Source: Desulfatiglandales bacterium (lineage in GTDB: Bacteria; Desulfobacterota; DSM-4660; Desulfatiglandales; HGW-15). Taken from it: 64,000 nt of DNA. Shown here piece after piece: positions 50,639-60,965 of the stretch. The notes beneath the pieces were generated by a model, which saw only the letters and a program-made list of their open reading frames with translations, made no database searches and had not been told where the DNA came from. The position numbers and the translations under genes were made by a program. Location: the NCBI GenBank assembly GCA_963667015.2, contig CAXXJJ010000001.1:352001-416000 (forward strand). Reading direction: 5' to 3'. Each line of letters starts with the position of its first letter. The first letter of the stretch is position 1.

Positions 50639-52342
50639 ATGCATTGTTTGCAAAAAAAGAGTAGATTCCTGATTAAACCTGTAAAAGGCAGAGCCCTGAC
50701 TGCGGCTGTTTCAACAGTTATTTTCCTTTTCGCTCTCTCGGTAGATGGGCAGGACAATCCGTCTCCGACCTCAGAATTAGATGTTTCGGAGAGTGTGAGC
50801 CCTGAGATACCAGTGTCTCAAGATGCCATAATCGGAAAGATATTAATAGAAAACCAGAATGTTTTTGACCTTGATAATCCATTGGAAGACAGATGGCTTT
50901 TTAGATTAGCAAATTTTTTGCATATCAGGACCAGGCCAAAGGTTATCCGCAGGCAGCTGCTGTTTAAAGAGGGCGACCCATACTCCATAAGGGATATTGA
51001 GGAAAGTGCCCGTATACTTCGCAGCAATCATTATATTGGAGACGCTGAGATTGAACCCATCCGATATGAGGACGGCGTTGTTGATTTAAAGGTTAAAACG
51101 AGAGATGTATGGACTATCAGCGGAGGCCCTTCATACGGAAGACGTGGCGGGACCAATACCGGCGGATTATCGCTGGAGGAAAAAAACCTGCTGGGCACCG
51201 GTACCATACTTGGCTTTAGATACAAGTCGACACTTGATCGTGATATAAAGGCCATAAATGTCGAGAATAATCATTTAGGAGGGAGTCTTTACGAGGCCGC
51301 CATTGCATATGCTGACAACAGTGATGGTTATGAGCGTTATCTGCGATTCGGTCAGCCATTTTTTTCACTCGACAGCAGAGGTTCTATTGGCGGTTCTTAT
51401 CTCTCAGTAGAGAGGACTGATTCGCTCTACGACCGGGGAGAGATTGTTGCAGAGTTTGATCATAAACTTGCCCATTATGAAATGAATTTCGGATGGTCAA
51501 AGGGGCTCAGGGACGGATGGACCCGTCGCCTCACAACCGGTGTTATATATGATGATCACAGGTTTTCAGCAATCCCTGACGATGCCCTGTCCGAAACCGT
51601 TTTACCGCAGGACAGGGAATACCTGTTTCCTTACCTGGGATTGGAGATAATAGAGGACAGTTATGAGACTATCAAAAACTTCAACCGCATTCAGGAGACT
51701 GAAGACCTTCATCTGGGCACACGGTTCTACGCGAAACTGGGGTATTCGAACGAATCCGCAGGATCTTCCGCAAGCGGATTCCATTTTAATGCGGAGTTAA
51801 GTGATGGTTTGAGGCTCCACGAAAAAGGTACCATACTGCTGGGATGGAAGCTTGGCGGGCGTTTAATGTCAGGCAGCAGTGAAGATGTCAGGTTTTCAGC
51901 TTACTCGAATTACCACTGGCGTCAATCCCCTCGCTGGATGTTTTATGCCGGTCTCAATGGTACAGTCGGCCACAATCTGGATCAGGACAATCAATTGCTT
52001 CTGGGAGGCGATAACGGGCTGCGGGGCTACCCTATAAGGTACCAGGGCGGGGAAGCCACAGCATTATTAACTGTTGAAGAAAGAATGTTTACTGACTGGT
52101 ATCCATTCCGGCTGTTTCGTATAGGCGGTGCTGTATTTTTTGATGCAGGCCGGGCCTGGGGAAATAATTCGGTTGGTGCTGAGAACCTGGGACTGTTAAA
52201 GGATGTGGGCATCGGGCTCAGAATCGGAAATTCCCGTTCAGGTGTCGGGCGCATGGTCCATATTGATCTTGCATTTCCTCTGGATGGTGAATCGAGCATA
52301 GACAGTATGCAGCTTGTAGTGGAAGCAAAGATCGGATTTTAA
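50639..52342 (+). CDS. Omp85/BamA-TamA-like outer-membrane protein with POTRA domain
   Basis: TR..VIRRQLLFKEGD..ESARILR, NLLGTG, GLRGYP, FFDAG, DVG.GLR; RBS before ATG 50639. Confidence 0.85.
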   Translation: MHCLQKKSRFLIKPVKGRALTAAVSTVIFLFALSVDGQDNPSPTSELDVSESVSPEIPVSQDAIIGKILIENQNVFDLDNPLEDRWLFRLANFLHIRTRPKVIRRQLLFKEGDPYSIRDIEESARILRSNHYIGDAEIEPIRYEDGVVDLKVKTRDVWTISGGPSYGRRGGTNTGGLSLEEKNLLGTGTILGFRYKSTLDRDIKAINVENNHLGGSLYEAAIAYADNSDGYERYLRFGQPFFSLDSRGSIGGSYLSVERTDSLYDRGEIVAEFDHKLAHYEMNFGWSKGLRDGWTRRLTTGVIYDDHRFSAIPDDALSETVLPQDREYLFPYLGLEIIEDSYETIKNFNRIQETEDLHLGTRFYAKLGYSNESAGSSASGFHFNAELSDGLRLHEKGTILLGWKLGGRLMSGSSEDVRFSAYSNYHWRQSPRWMFYAGLNGTVGHNLDQDNQLLLGGDNGLRGYPIRYQGGEATALLTVEERMFTDWYPFRLFRIGGAVFFDAGRAWGNNSVGAENLGLLKDVGIGLRIGNSRSGVGRMVHIDLAFPLDGESSIDSMQLVVEAKIGF

Positions 52343-52417
52343 ACGGCATTCAGGTACAAGTCTAAAGCCTGTTTAATATAGATACAGTTTAAGCTCTTCT
52401 TATTCAGAAGTAAAGGA

Positions 52418-54100
52418 ATGGTAAAGGAAATGAAAATCAGATCATCTAAAAGACCTGATGCGGTAAAGACCGGGGAAATCAATAACAATTGGGAAATAAC
52501 TCATTTTTTGCTGATAATCTCTGCGGCAATGTTTTTAGTGCTGTTTGATAATTTTGCCTTTTTTAAAAACCTCACTGGAATCTATCCTGTTTTACTTAGC
52601 AACCTGGTTTTCCTGATTTCCGTGGCAGTTTTATTATATTTAGCCATTATCCTTCTGTTCTCTATCTTATGTTTCAAATATACGACAAAGCCGATCCTGA
52701 TTACCATTCTTCTGGTCTCTTCCCTTACCAGTTATTACATGAATAATTACAACATTGTTATTGATGAAACAATGTTCCAGAATATTATTGAAACTGACGC
52801 CAGTGAGACCTTCGACCTTCTTAGCTTTAAGCTGTTTATCTACCTGGCATTAGCCGGAATTTTACCATCAGTAATTATCTATAAAATAAAAATCAGATAT
52901 AAATCATTTAAAAAAGAACTTATTCTAAAATTTGTGACTATTGCAGTCACACTTCTAATTATTATTGTAATGGGGCTTTCCCTGAGTGATTTTTACTTTT
53001 CTTTATTCAGGGAACATAAAGCGATTTTAAAGTATAATGCAAACCCGGTATGTTATATATATTCCGGTATTAAATATTTCTCAAAAAATTTTAAAAACAG
53101 AAATATTGTAGTAAAGCAGATTGGTGCAGATGCAAAAATACCGGAAGATGATGATGACAGGGAATTGATAATATTAGTGGTTGGAGAAGCTGCAAGGGCG
53201 GACAGGTTTTCTCTTAATGGGTATTTAAAAGAGACCAATCCGCTGCTTGAAAAGGAGGATGTTATTAGTTTTCCTGATATGCATTCCTGCGGGACTTCGA
53301 CCGTTGTTTCAGTACCATGTATGTTTTCTATCTTTACCAGGGATGAATATTCTGCCAACAAAGCGGAAGCCACCTATAATATTCTTGATATATTGAATAA
53401 CGCAGGTGTGAATATCCTGTGGCGGGACAATAACTCCAGTTCCAAAGGGGTTGCGGCAAGGGTCTCCTATGAAGATTATCAGACGCCGGAAACTAATACT
53501 ATTTGTGATACAGAGTGCCGTGATGAGGGGATGCTGGTTGGCCTGCAGGAGTATATTGACAGTAATAAGGTCGGGGACATATTAATCGTCCTGCACCAGA
53601 TGGGCAATCATGGTCCGGCTTATTATAAGAGATATCCTGAAGGATTTGAAAGATTTACACCTGTATGTGAAACCAATCAGCTTGAAAAATGTTCAAGCGA
53701 GGAGATTGATAATGCATATGATAATGCTATCCTTTATACTGATTATTTTCTTTCAAAGGTGATAACATTGTTAAAGCAGTATTCGCAGTTCGAGACAGCC
53801 ATGTTTTATATCAGTGACCATGGTGAATCTCTTGGTGAGAATAATCTCTATCTGCATGGAATGCCATATTTTATGGCCCCGGAGGCCCAGACTCATATAC
53901 CTGCAATTATGTGGTTTGGTGATGGCTTTAAAATAAGTAAGGATGCTCTTAAGAAAAATTCATCAAGGGCCTATTCTCAGGATAATATTTTCCATACCCT
54001 GCTTGGCTTGATGGAAGTTGAAACAACACTTTATGACAAGGACAAGGATATTGTAAAACTGGCTCTAGATGCCGTCCCTGAAGAAGATATTGGCGGTTGA
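52418..54100 (+). CDS. eptA: Lipid A phosphoethanolamine transferase, copy 2
   Basis: Same motif set; CGTST, HQMGNHGP, SDHGESLGE. Confidence 0.92.
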   Translation: MVKEMKIRSSKRPDAVKTGEINNNWEITHFLLIISAAMFLVLFDNFAFFKNLTGIYPVLLSNLVFLISVAVLLYLAIILLFSILCFKYTTKPILITILLVSSLTSYYMNNYNIVIDETMFQNIIETDASETFDLLSFKLFIYLALAGILPSVIIYKIKIRYKSFKKELILKFVTIAVTLLIIIVMGLSLSDFYFSLFREHKAILKYNANPVCYIYSGIKYFSKNFKNRNIVVKQIGADAKIPEDDDDRELIILVVGEAARADRFSLNGYLKETNPLLEKEDVISFPDMHSCGTSTVVSVPCMFSIFTRDEYSANKAEATYNILDILNNAGVNILWRDNNSSSKGVAARVSYEDYQTPETNTICDTECRDEGMLVGLQEYIDSNKVGDILIVLHQMGNHGPAYYKRYPEGFERFTPVCETNQLEKCSSEEIDNAYDNAILYTDYFLSKVITLLKQYSQFETAMFYISDHGESLGENNLYLHGMPYFMAPEAQTHIPAIMWFGDGFKISKDALKKNSSRAYSQDNIFHTLLGLMEVETTLYDKDKDIVKLALDAVPEEDIGG

Positions 54101-54135
54101 GACCATAAAATTAATTTCAGAACCTGGACGAGAAA

Positions 54136-55800
54136 ATGAAAAAAAAATCGCGTAAAGTATCTGCGGGCGAAATCGGAGGAAGTTCAAAATCCTGCTGGGA
54201 GATTACCAGCTTCAGGTTGATTATTTTAACGGCCCTGTTCCTGGTATTGTTTGATAATTTTGCCTTTTTCAGGAATGTTACTGATATTTACCCGGTTTCT
54301 GCAGACAATATATGGTTTTTGATCTCAATAACGATAGTGTTATTCTCTGTGATAGTCCTGTTATTTTCTATTTTCTGTTTTAAGTATACATCAAAAACAA
54401 TCCTGATTACCATTTTGCTGGTCTCCTCGCTGGTCAGTTATTTCATGAATCACTACAATATTGTTATCGATGAGACCATGCTTCAAAATACTCTGGAAAC
54501 AGATACCCATGAAGTCTTCGATCTTCTTAATCTTAAGCTGTTTATCTACCTGTTTTTTGCCGGGATTCTTCCGTCAGTAATTGTCTTTAAGTTAAAGATT
54601 AAATATAAATCATTTAAAAGAGAACTGTTTTCAAGGTTTATAATCGCAGTATCCGCACTAGTTGTTATTTTAATTACAGCCTTTCCAGTAAGCGATTTTT
54701 ACACATCCTTTTTAAGAGAACATAAGCCCTTAAGGTATTACACAAATCCGACCTATTATATTTTCAGTATGGGTAAATATATCGGTAAAAATTATTTTAA
54801 AAAAGAAATGGTAATAAAACCTATTGGTACGGATGCAAAAAATACGGACAGGGATACTGACAGGGAGTTGATTATACTGGTTGTGGGTGAAGCCGTAAGG
54901 GCGGACAGGATGTCCATCAACGGATATGAAAGAAATACCAATCCGTTGATTGCAGAAGAGGATATTATCAATTTCCCAGAGATGTATTCCTGTGGAACCA
55001 CGACGTCCGTTTCCATTCCCTGCATGTTTTCAATCTTTCCGAGAGATAAATATTCCTCCAGAAAGGCCAGATCAACCTATAATGTTCTGGATGTGCTAAA
55101 CACTGCAGGCGTTAATATCCTCTGGAGGGACAATAATTCGAGCTCAAAGGGTGTGGCAGACAGGGTGACCTATGAAGATTATAGAAACCCGGAAAATAAT
55201 ACGATCTGTAACCCTGAATGCAGGGACGAAGGAATGCTTGTTGGTCTGCCCGAGTACATTGAAAGCCACAAAAGCGGGGATATATTGATAGTCCTCCACC
55301 AGATGGGCAACCATGGGCCCGCTTACTATAAAAGATACCCTGAAGAATTTGAGAAGTTTAAACCCGTCTGCAGGACCTCTGAACTGGGAGAATGTTCCAG
55401 GGAAGAGATCAGCAATGCCTATGATAATGCCATTCTTTATACCGACTATTTCCTGTCTAAAGTTATAGCCCTGTTGAAAAAGTATCCGCAGTTTGAGTCT
55501 GCCATGCTGTATATCAGTGATCATGGTGAATCACTTGGTGAAGGCGGCGTGTATCTGCACGGGTTACCTTATTTTATGGCCCCGGAAAACCAGAAACATG
55601 TTCCTGCGCTCATGTGGTTTGGAGAGGGCTTTAAGATAGACAGGGAAAAACTGAGGGATGCAGCCGTAAAGGAATATTCGCAGGATAACCTTTTCCATAC
55701 CCTGCTCGGAATGATGGAGATAGAGACATCAGTTTATGATAAAGATATGGATATCCTGAAATATGCTACAGATACTGTATCCGTACCGGATATTAAATAG
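54136..55800 (+). CDS. eptA: Lipid A phosphoethanolamine transferase, copy 3
   Basis: Same motif set; CGTTT, HQMGNHGP, SDHGESLGE. Confidence 0.92.
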   Translation: MKKKSRKVSAGEIGGSSKSCWEITSFRLIILTALFLVLFDNFAFFRNVTDIYPVSADNIWFLISITIVLFSVIVLLFSIFCFKYTSKTILITILLVSSLVSYFMNHYNIVIDETMLQNTLETDTHEVFDLLNLKLFIYLFFAGILPSVIVFKLKIKYKSFKRELFSRFIIAVSALVVILITAFPVSDFYTSFLREHKPLRYYTNPTYYIFSMGKYIGKNYFKKEMVIKPIGTDAKNTDRDTDRELIILVVGEAVRADRMSINGYERNTNPLIAEEDIINFPEMYSCGTTTSVSIPCMFSIFPRDKYSSRKARSTYNVLDVLNTAGVNILWRDNNSSSKGVADRVTYEDYRNPENNTICNPECRDEGMLVGLPEYIESHKSGDILIVLHQMGNHGPAYYKRYPEEFEKFKPVCRTSELGECSREEISNAYDNAILYTDYFLSKVIALLKKYPQFESAMLYISDHGESLGEGGVYLHGLPYFMAPENQKHVPALMWFGEGFKIDREKLRDAAVKEYSQDNLFHTLLGMMEIETSVYDKDMDILKYATDTVSVPDIK

Positions 55801-56426
55801 AAATGCGGCAGGATAACTAATGGTTTAAAAAAAGGAGGTTGTTATGAAAATACGTTTATTCAGTGTTTCGGCAATTTTATTCCTTGCAATATCTTTAAGC
55901 ATACCTGAAATATCTGTGGCTCAACAAAGAGGCTGGTTTGGAAGAGGAAGGGGGCCGGCTCCAAGCGATACATTACCCGTGCCAAGGGAGGGGCAGGAGA
56001 AAAAGATTACTGATGTGCTTGAGGATATGGCCGCAACCCAGGGCGGAATGCTCAATGTCCCAATGGATGACGGAAGACTTTTACGTCTTCTGGCAGAGAC
56101 AATGGGGGCAAAGCATGTAGTAGAAATTGGTACTTCAAACGGATATTCCGGCCTCTGGATATTAATGGCCCTGCGCACTACAGGGGGAAAACTTACAACG
56201 TTTGAGATAGATCCTGAAAAGGTCAGGCTTGCCGCAGGTAATTTTAAAAAGGCAGGTGTTGACAGGCTTGTAACTATTATAGAAGGCGATGCCCATGAAG
56301 AGATAAAAAAACTTAAGGGACCAATTGATCTCCTTTTTATAGATGCTGACAAGGAAGGATATCTGGATTACCTGAACAAGCTTCTTCCCCTTATTCGTCC
56401 CGGAGGTATTGTTGTATCCCATAATA

Positions 56427-57543
56427 TTAACCCGGCAACAAAATACTTAACAAATGGATCGTATTTTGTTATAACACGATCATGGAAAAAATAGACGCAA
56501 GGAAACTCAGCACTGATGCCCAACAACAAATTCGTAATCAAGTCATTCGACTCCGAAAACAGGGACGAACGCATAATGAGATCAGTGCCATTACAGGAGT
56601 GAGCCGATCCATTTGCAGTACATGGTGGGCTCTTTATCAAAAAGAAGGTAATAAAGCCCTTAAAATTAAAAAGCGTGGCCGTCCAAAGGGCAGTTGCCGC
56701 ACGTTGACACCTGATCAGGAAAAAGAATTGCAAAAAGCTATACAAGACAAATGCCCTGACCAAATGAAATTGCCATTTGCTTTGTGGACACGCATTGCCG
56801 TACAGCAACTCATCAAACAATTGTGGAATATAGATATGCCGATCAGAACTGTTGGCGAGTATCTGAACAGATGGAATTTTACTCCACAAAAACCACTGAA
56901 GAAAGCCTATAAACAAAATCCAAAAGCAGTTAAAGCTTGGTTGGAGACAGAATACTCGGATATTTCCAAACGTGCAAAAAAAGAGACCGCGGAAATTCAT
57001 TGGGGGGATGAGACTGGATTGTGTAACGACAGTTACCATGGAAGAAGTTACGCTCCTCGTGGTGAAACACCGGCGATTAGGCTTCATCCCAGGTGCCAGC
57101 GCGTCAACCTGATTTCCTCTGTCACCAATCAAGGTAAAGTTCGCTTTATGGTTTATAAAAACAAGATGAATTCCCAAACGATGATCAAGTTCATGGAACG
57201 ATTGATCAAAGATGCTGATAAAAAAATCTTTTTGATTGTAGATAATTTGAAAGTCCATCATAGCTATATTGTCAAAGACTGGCTGAAAGAACATGAAGAC
57301 AAAATTGAGTTGTTCTTTCTTCCATCATATTCACCGGAATTAAATCCTGATGAATACCTAAACTGCGACCTAAAGGGCGGTGTACATTCTGGTATTCCAG
57401 CCAGAACACAAAAAGAACTCAAGCAAAAAGCTATTTCTCATTTGAGAAAGCTTCAAAAACTACCTGGACGTGTTAAAAAATATTTTAAACACCCTAAGAT
57501 TGCTTATGCTGCTTGACAGTCTCCTATTTAAATGCCGGGTTAA
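56427..57543 (+). mobile_element. IS630 family insertion sequence
   Basis: TIRs TTAACCCGGCA / TGCCGGGTTAA with TA duplication (56425-6, 57544-5). Confidence 0.93.
56482..57516 (+). CDS. IS630 family transposase
   Basis: WGDETG, IVDNLKVH, LPSYSPELNPDE DDE motifs. Confidence 0.95.
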   Translation: MEKIDARKLSTDAQQQIRNQVIRLRKQGRTHNEISAITGVSRSICSTWWALYQKEGNKALKIKKRGRPKGSCRTLTPDQEKELQKAIQDKCPDQMKLPFALWTRIAVQQLIKQLWNIDMPIRTVGEYLNRWNFTPQKPLKKAYKQNPKAVKAWLETEYSDISKRAKKETAEIHWGDETGLCNDSYHGRSYAPRGETPAIRLHPRCQRVNLISSVTNQGKVRFMVYKNKMNSQTMIKFMERLIKDADKKIFLIVDNLKVHHSYIVKDWLKEHEDKIELFFLPSYSPELNPDEYLNCDLKGGVHSGIPARTQKELKQKAISHLRKLQKLPGRVKKYFKHPKIAYAA

Positions 57544-57714
57544 TATAAATCAGATGGATCAGGATTACATAGATGCAATTACAAAAAATCCGGATCTCGA
57601 AACTCTTATTCAGAATATACAGCTTGGAGGGATTGGCGTAACACTGAAAAAGAGGTAATAAATATTCAATTATACTGACGGGCTGAATTTAGTGTTTACC
57701 CGGGGACTATATCA

Positions 57715-58386
57715 ATGCGTATTCTATTAATTGAAGATGATAAAAAAATTGCTTCTTTCATAACAAAAGGAATGAAAGAAGCAGGCTTTACAGTGGATCA
57801 TGCATCAGATGGCGAGACAGGTCTTGATCTTGCTTTGAGTGAATCCTATGATGCTGCGATTGTAGACATAATGCTTCCAAAGCTTGACGGCCTCACGCTC
57901 ATAAATCAGCTGAGATCAAGTAATATAAAGACGCCGGTCCTCATTCTAAGTGCAAAGCATTCAGTGGAGGATCGCGTAAAGGGACTGCAGACCGGAAGTG
58001 ATGACTATCTGACCAAACCTTTTGCCTTTTCCGAACTCCTTGCACGTATTCATGCGCTTATCAGAAGGGGCATTAATTTATCTGATTCGCGAATCATGGA
58101 GATAGCGGATCTCACTGTCAACCTTCTTACCCATGAAGTCATAAGAAATAATGAAAAGATTGATCTGCAGCCCCGTGAATATGCCCTTCTTGTGTACCTG
58201 CTGCGAAATAAAAACAGAATAGTCTCAAAGACTATGATTATGGAAAATGTCTGGGAGTATAACTTTGATCCCCAGACAAATGTAGTTGAGGCCCGTATAT
58301 GCAAGTTAAGGGACAAGCTCGACAAACCCTTTGAAAGAAAATTGATTCATACTGTTCATGGAGTAGGGTATGTCATTAAAGAATAA
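57715..58386 (+). CDS. OmpR-family response regulator (CusR/CzcR-like)
   Basis: IEDD, DIMLP, DDYLTKPFAFSELLAR, TNVVE. Confidence 0.93.
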   Translation: MRILLIEDDKKIASFITKGMKEAGFTVDHASDGETGLDLALSESYDAAIVDIMLPKLDGLTLINQLRSSNIKTPVLILSAKHSVEDRVKGLQTGSDDYLTKPFAFSELLARIHALIRRGINLSDSRIMEIADLTVNLLTHEVIRNNEKIDLQPREYALLVYLLRNKNRIVSKTMIMENVWEYNFDPQTNVVEARICKLRDKLDKPFERKLIHTVHGVGYVIKE

Positions 58387-59776
58387 ACTCCGTCTTCATA
58401 AAACTCTCTCCTTTAGACTGACTTTATACTATTTGATTATTTTTTCCTTTTCCATCCTTCTAGGATTTTTCTTTTTTAATTATCTTTTGTCTTCAAAACT
58501 TCATGATCAACTGGACCAGGATTTAACTAATGAAGCCAGGGAGATTTCTCTCCTCATGGAAAGAAAGGGTGTTCGGGGAATCATGACAGCAATGATGCTC
58601 GATGCCGAGTCGGAAGGAGTAGAAAAGGCATTTTTCCGCCTGATGAATCAAAAGGGTGAGGTCATTACTGCTACAGATGATACTCATTGGAAAATAGGTC
58701 CGGGAAGAAAGGCTATAAATACTATTTTAGAGGGGCAGACACATTTTTTTGAAACAATATCCGTTCCCCGGCGCCAGTATAAAGTTCGCGCTCTATATAT
58801 TCCGGTTGGTAAGGAGTATATTCTTCAGATAATGGTATCTCTGGAGGATATTGATAAGTTTCTCACAGTTTTCAGGCATATTTTTATTATCACTATGGGT
58901 TTTTTGTTTGTTGTCTCAGCTCTTGCCGGCTGGTTTATGGCGAGGCGTGCGCTTACCGGTGTGGAGGAAGTGACCAGAACAGCTATGCAGGTTTCGGAAG
59001 GTGAATTTGATAAAAGGGTAAAGGTAAAGGGGCATGGTGAGGAAATAGACCGTCTTGCCATGACCTTTAACAATATGCTTGAAAAGCTTCATTTGCTCAT
59101 CAGGGATATAAAGGAGATAAACGATAATATTGCCCATGATCTACGAAGTCCTGTTACCAGAATCAGAGGAATCGCTGAAACTACATTGCTGGCAGCCGAT
59201 GCGGATACTGAATTTGGGGTGATGGCCGGAAGCATCATTGAGGAATGTGACGGCTTGCTGGCAATGATAAACACCATGTTGTATATTTCCGAGGCCGAAG
59301 CAGGTGTGTCTAAACTGAATGTCTCAGATATGGATTTAACAAAGGTCATAGATGAGGCATGTGAGCTTTTTCAACCGGTAGCTGAAGAAAAAAACATAAA
59401 AATATTACAGGAATCAGAGGAAACGGTATCAGTTAAGGCCGATGAAGAGAAAATCCAGAGAGTGGTTGCAAATCTGCTGGATAACGCCCTGAAGTATACG
59501 CCTGAAAATGGAACTGTCATTTTCTCCATTAAAGCAGATCAAAATGAAGCGGCAGTTTCAGTAAAGGATACAGGTATCGGAATATCTGAAGAGGATCTTC
59601 CAAAAATTTTCAACAGGTTCTACAGGTGTGACCGCAGCAGGTCCCTTCAGGGCATAGGGCTTGGACTCAGTCTCGCCAGGGCAATAGTTCAGTCTCATCA
59701 TGGGGATATAAATGTGTCGAGTGAACCCGATAAAGGCAGCATATTTACATTTACACTTCCCCGCACTCCTTTTTAA
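58370..59776 (+). CDS. Sensor histidine kinase (heavy-metal sensor-like)
   Basis: HAMP, AHDLRSP, NLLDNALKY, GLGLS. Confidence 0.93.
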   Translation: MSLKNKLRLHKTLSFRLTLYYLIIFSFSILLGFFFFNYLLSSKLHDQLDQDLTNEAREISLLMERKGVRGIMTAMMLDAESEGVEKAFFRLMNQKGEVITATDDTHWKIGPGRKAINTILEGQTHFFETISVPRRQYKVRALYIPVGKEYILQIMVSLEDIDKFLTVFRHIFIITMGFLFVVSALAGWFMARRALTGVEEVTRTAMQVSEGEFDKRVKVKGHGEEIDRLAMTFNNMLEKLHLLIRDIKEINDNIAHDLRSPVTRIRGIAETTLLAADADTEFGVMAGSIIEECDGLLAMINTMLYISEAEAGVSKLNVSDMDLTKVIDEACELFQPVAEEKNIKILQESEETVSVKADEEKIQRVVANLLDNALKYTPENGTVIFSIKADQNEAAVSVKDTGIGISEEDLPKIFNRFYRCDRSRSLQGIGLGLSLARAIVQSHHGDINVSSEPDKGSIFTFTLPRTPF

Positions 59777-59901
59777 AGACCGGCAGCATTCCTTCCCAAA
59801 TATTACCAAATGATAATCTTTTAGTCATTTTCCGGTTAGGTTTATTTTATATACTCAGACCGAATCGTTCAGGACAGGAACTGAGGAGACAATACAGAAC
59901 T

Positions 59902-60924
59902 ATGCCCTTAATATCTAATTTTACAGGATTACTGAAAAAACATTCAAAAATATGTCTGTTTGTATCCCTGTGCATTGTCTTTTTCATATTTATAAAAATT
60001 TTTCATCATACTTTGCCCTTACCGGCAAAAAAATGGATAGATACAAATCTGGAAAATATTCAGGTAAAGGATCCTGCAGATTTTTCCTTTGCTGTTTTCG
60101 GCGGCACTAAGGTCAGCAGACTTGTTTTCGGGGGCCTCCTTGAGCAGGTTGACCATGACCCGGATATTGCCTTTACAGTTGATCTCGGTGATGCGGTCCT
60201 GAAAGGGAGAAAACCGAATTATCATTATTTTATCAAACAGATAGACAGTAATCTGGGAATACCTCTTCTCCCTGTCATAGGAGATAATGAACTTTCAGGC
60301 GAAGGAAGAGATTTATACAGTAAAATATTCGGACCTTTTTATTATTCATTCAGGATTGGCAGCAGCTGTTTTATTGTACTTGATAATGCGGGTGAAAACG
60401 GGCCTGATAATGAACAGCTTGAGTGGCTTGAAAATGAACTTAAAGTATCCGGAGATTATGATAATCGTTTTATTTTCCTGCACAGGCCTTTTTATGATCC
60501 GGACAGGATTAAGACCAGTCAATCCATGCCGGAAGAGATTACATTAAAACTTATTGATCTTTTCCGGAAATATCATGTGAGTCATATCTTTGCATCACAG
60601 GTAAACGGTTTTTTTGAAGGGGATTTTAAAGGGGTCCCATATACACTTACAGGAGGCGCAGGGAGAGGTTTTCACGGCAAACACTGGAATCAGGGTTTTT
60701 TTCATTTTCTCAAGGTGAATGTGAGGAAAAATAATATTGATGTTGAATTTAAAAAGGAGTTTTCACCGGGATTTTATAAAAAGAAATATGTTAAATACGG
60801 CACAATAGCTTTTGGGGATCATATACTCCGGGTTCACTGGATGGAGTTATCTGTAATAACCTTGATTCTGCTTACCGGTGTGTTTTTTTTACTCCGGATC
60901 CGGAAGAATGCAAAAAAAAGTTAA
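59902..60924 (+). CDS. Membrane-anchored calcineurin-like metallophosphoesterase homologue with degenerate motifs
   Basis: FAVFGG, DLGD, IGDNE, FLHRP, TGGAG. Confidence 0.75.
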   Translation: MPLISNFTGLLKKHSKICLFVSLCIVFFIFIKIFHHTLPLPAKKWIDTNLENIQVKDPADFSFAVFGGTKVSRLVFGGLLEQVDHDPDIAFTVDLGDAVLKGRKPNYHYFIKQIDSNLGIPLLPVIGDNELSGEGRDLYSKIFGPFYYSFRIGSSCFIVLDNAGENGPDNEQLEWLENELKVSGDYDNRFIFLHRPFYDPDRIKTSQSMPEEITLKLIDLFRKYHVSHIFASQVNGFFEGDFKGVPYTLTGGAGRGFHGKHWNQGFFHFLKVNVRKNNIDVEFKKEFSPGFYKKKYVKYGTIAFGDHILRVHWMELSVITLILLTGVFFLLRIRKNAKKS

Positions 60925-60965
60925 GAACAGATCATCTAAAATGAAAATATAGAAAGGAAATGTAA

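Larger units (their letters stand above)
55844..57658 (+). pseudogene. Exported O-methyltransferase interrupted by IS630
   Basis: EIGTSNGYS, FIDADKEGY; removing the IS restores ...VSHNINQMDQDYIDAITKNPDLET...TLKKR*. Confidence 0.9.

Noticed and set aside
52388..52404. Third PmrA-like box before eptA copy 2 (TTTAAG-N5-CTTATT)
   Set aside because: Weaker match and no -10 element at the 11-bp spacing
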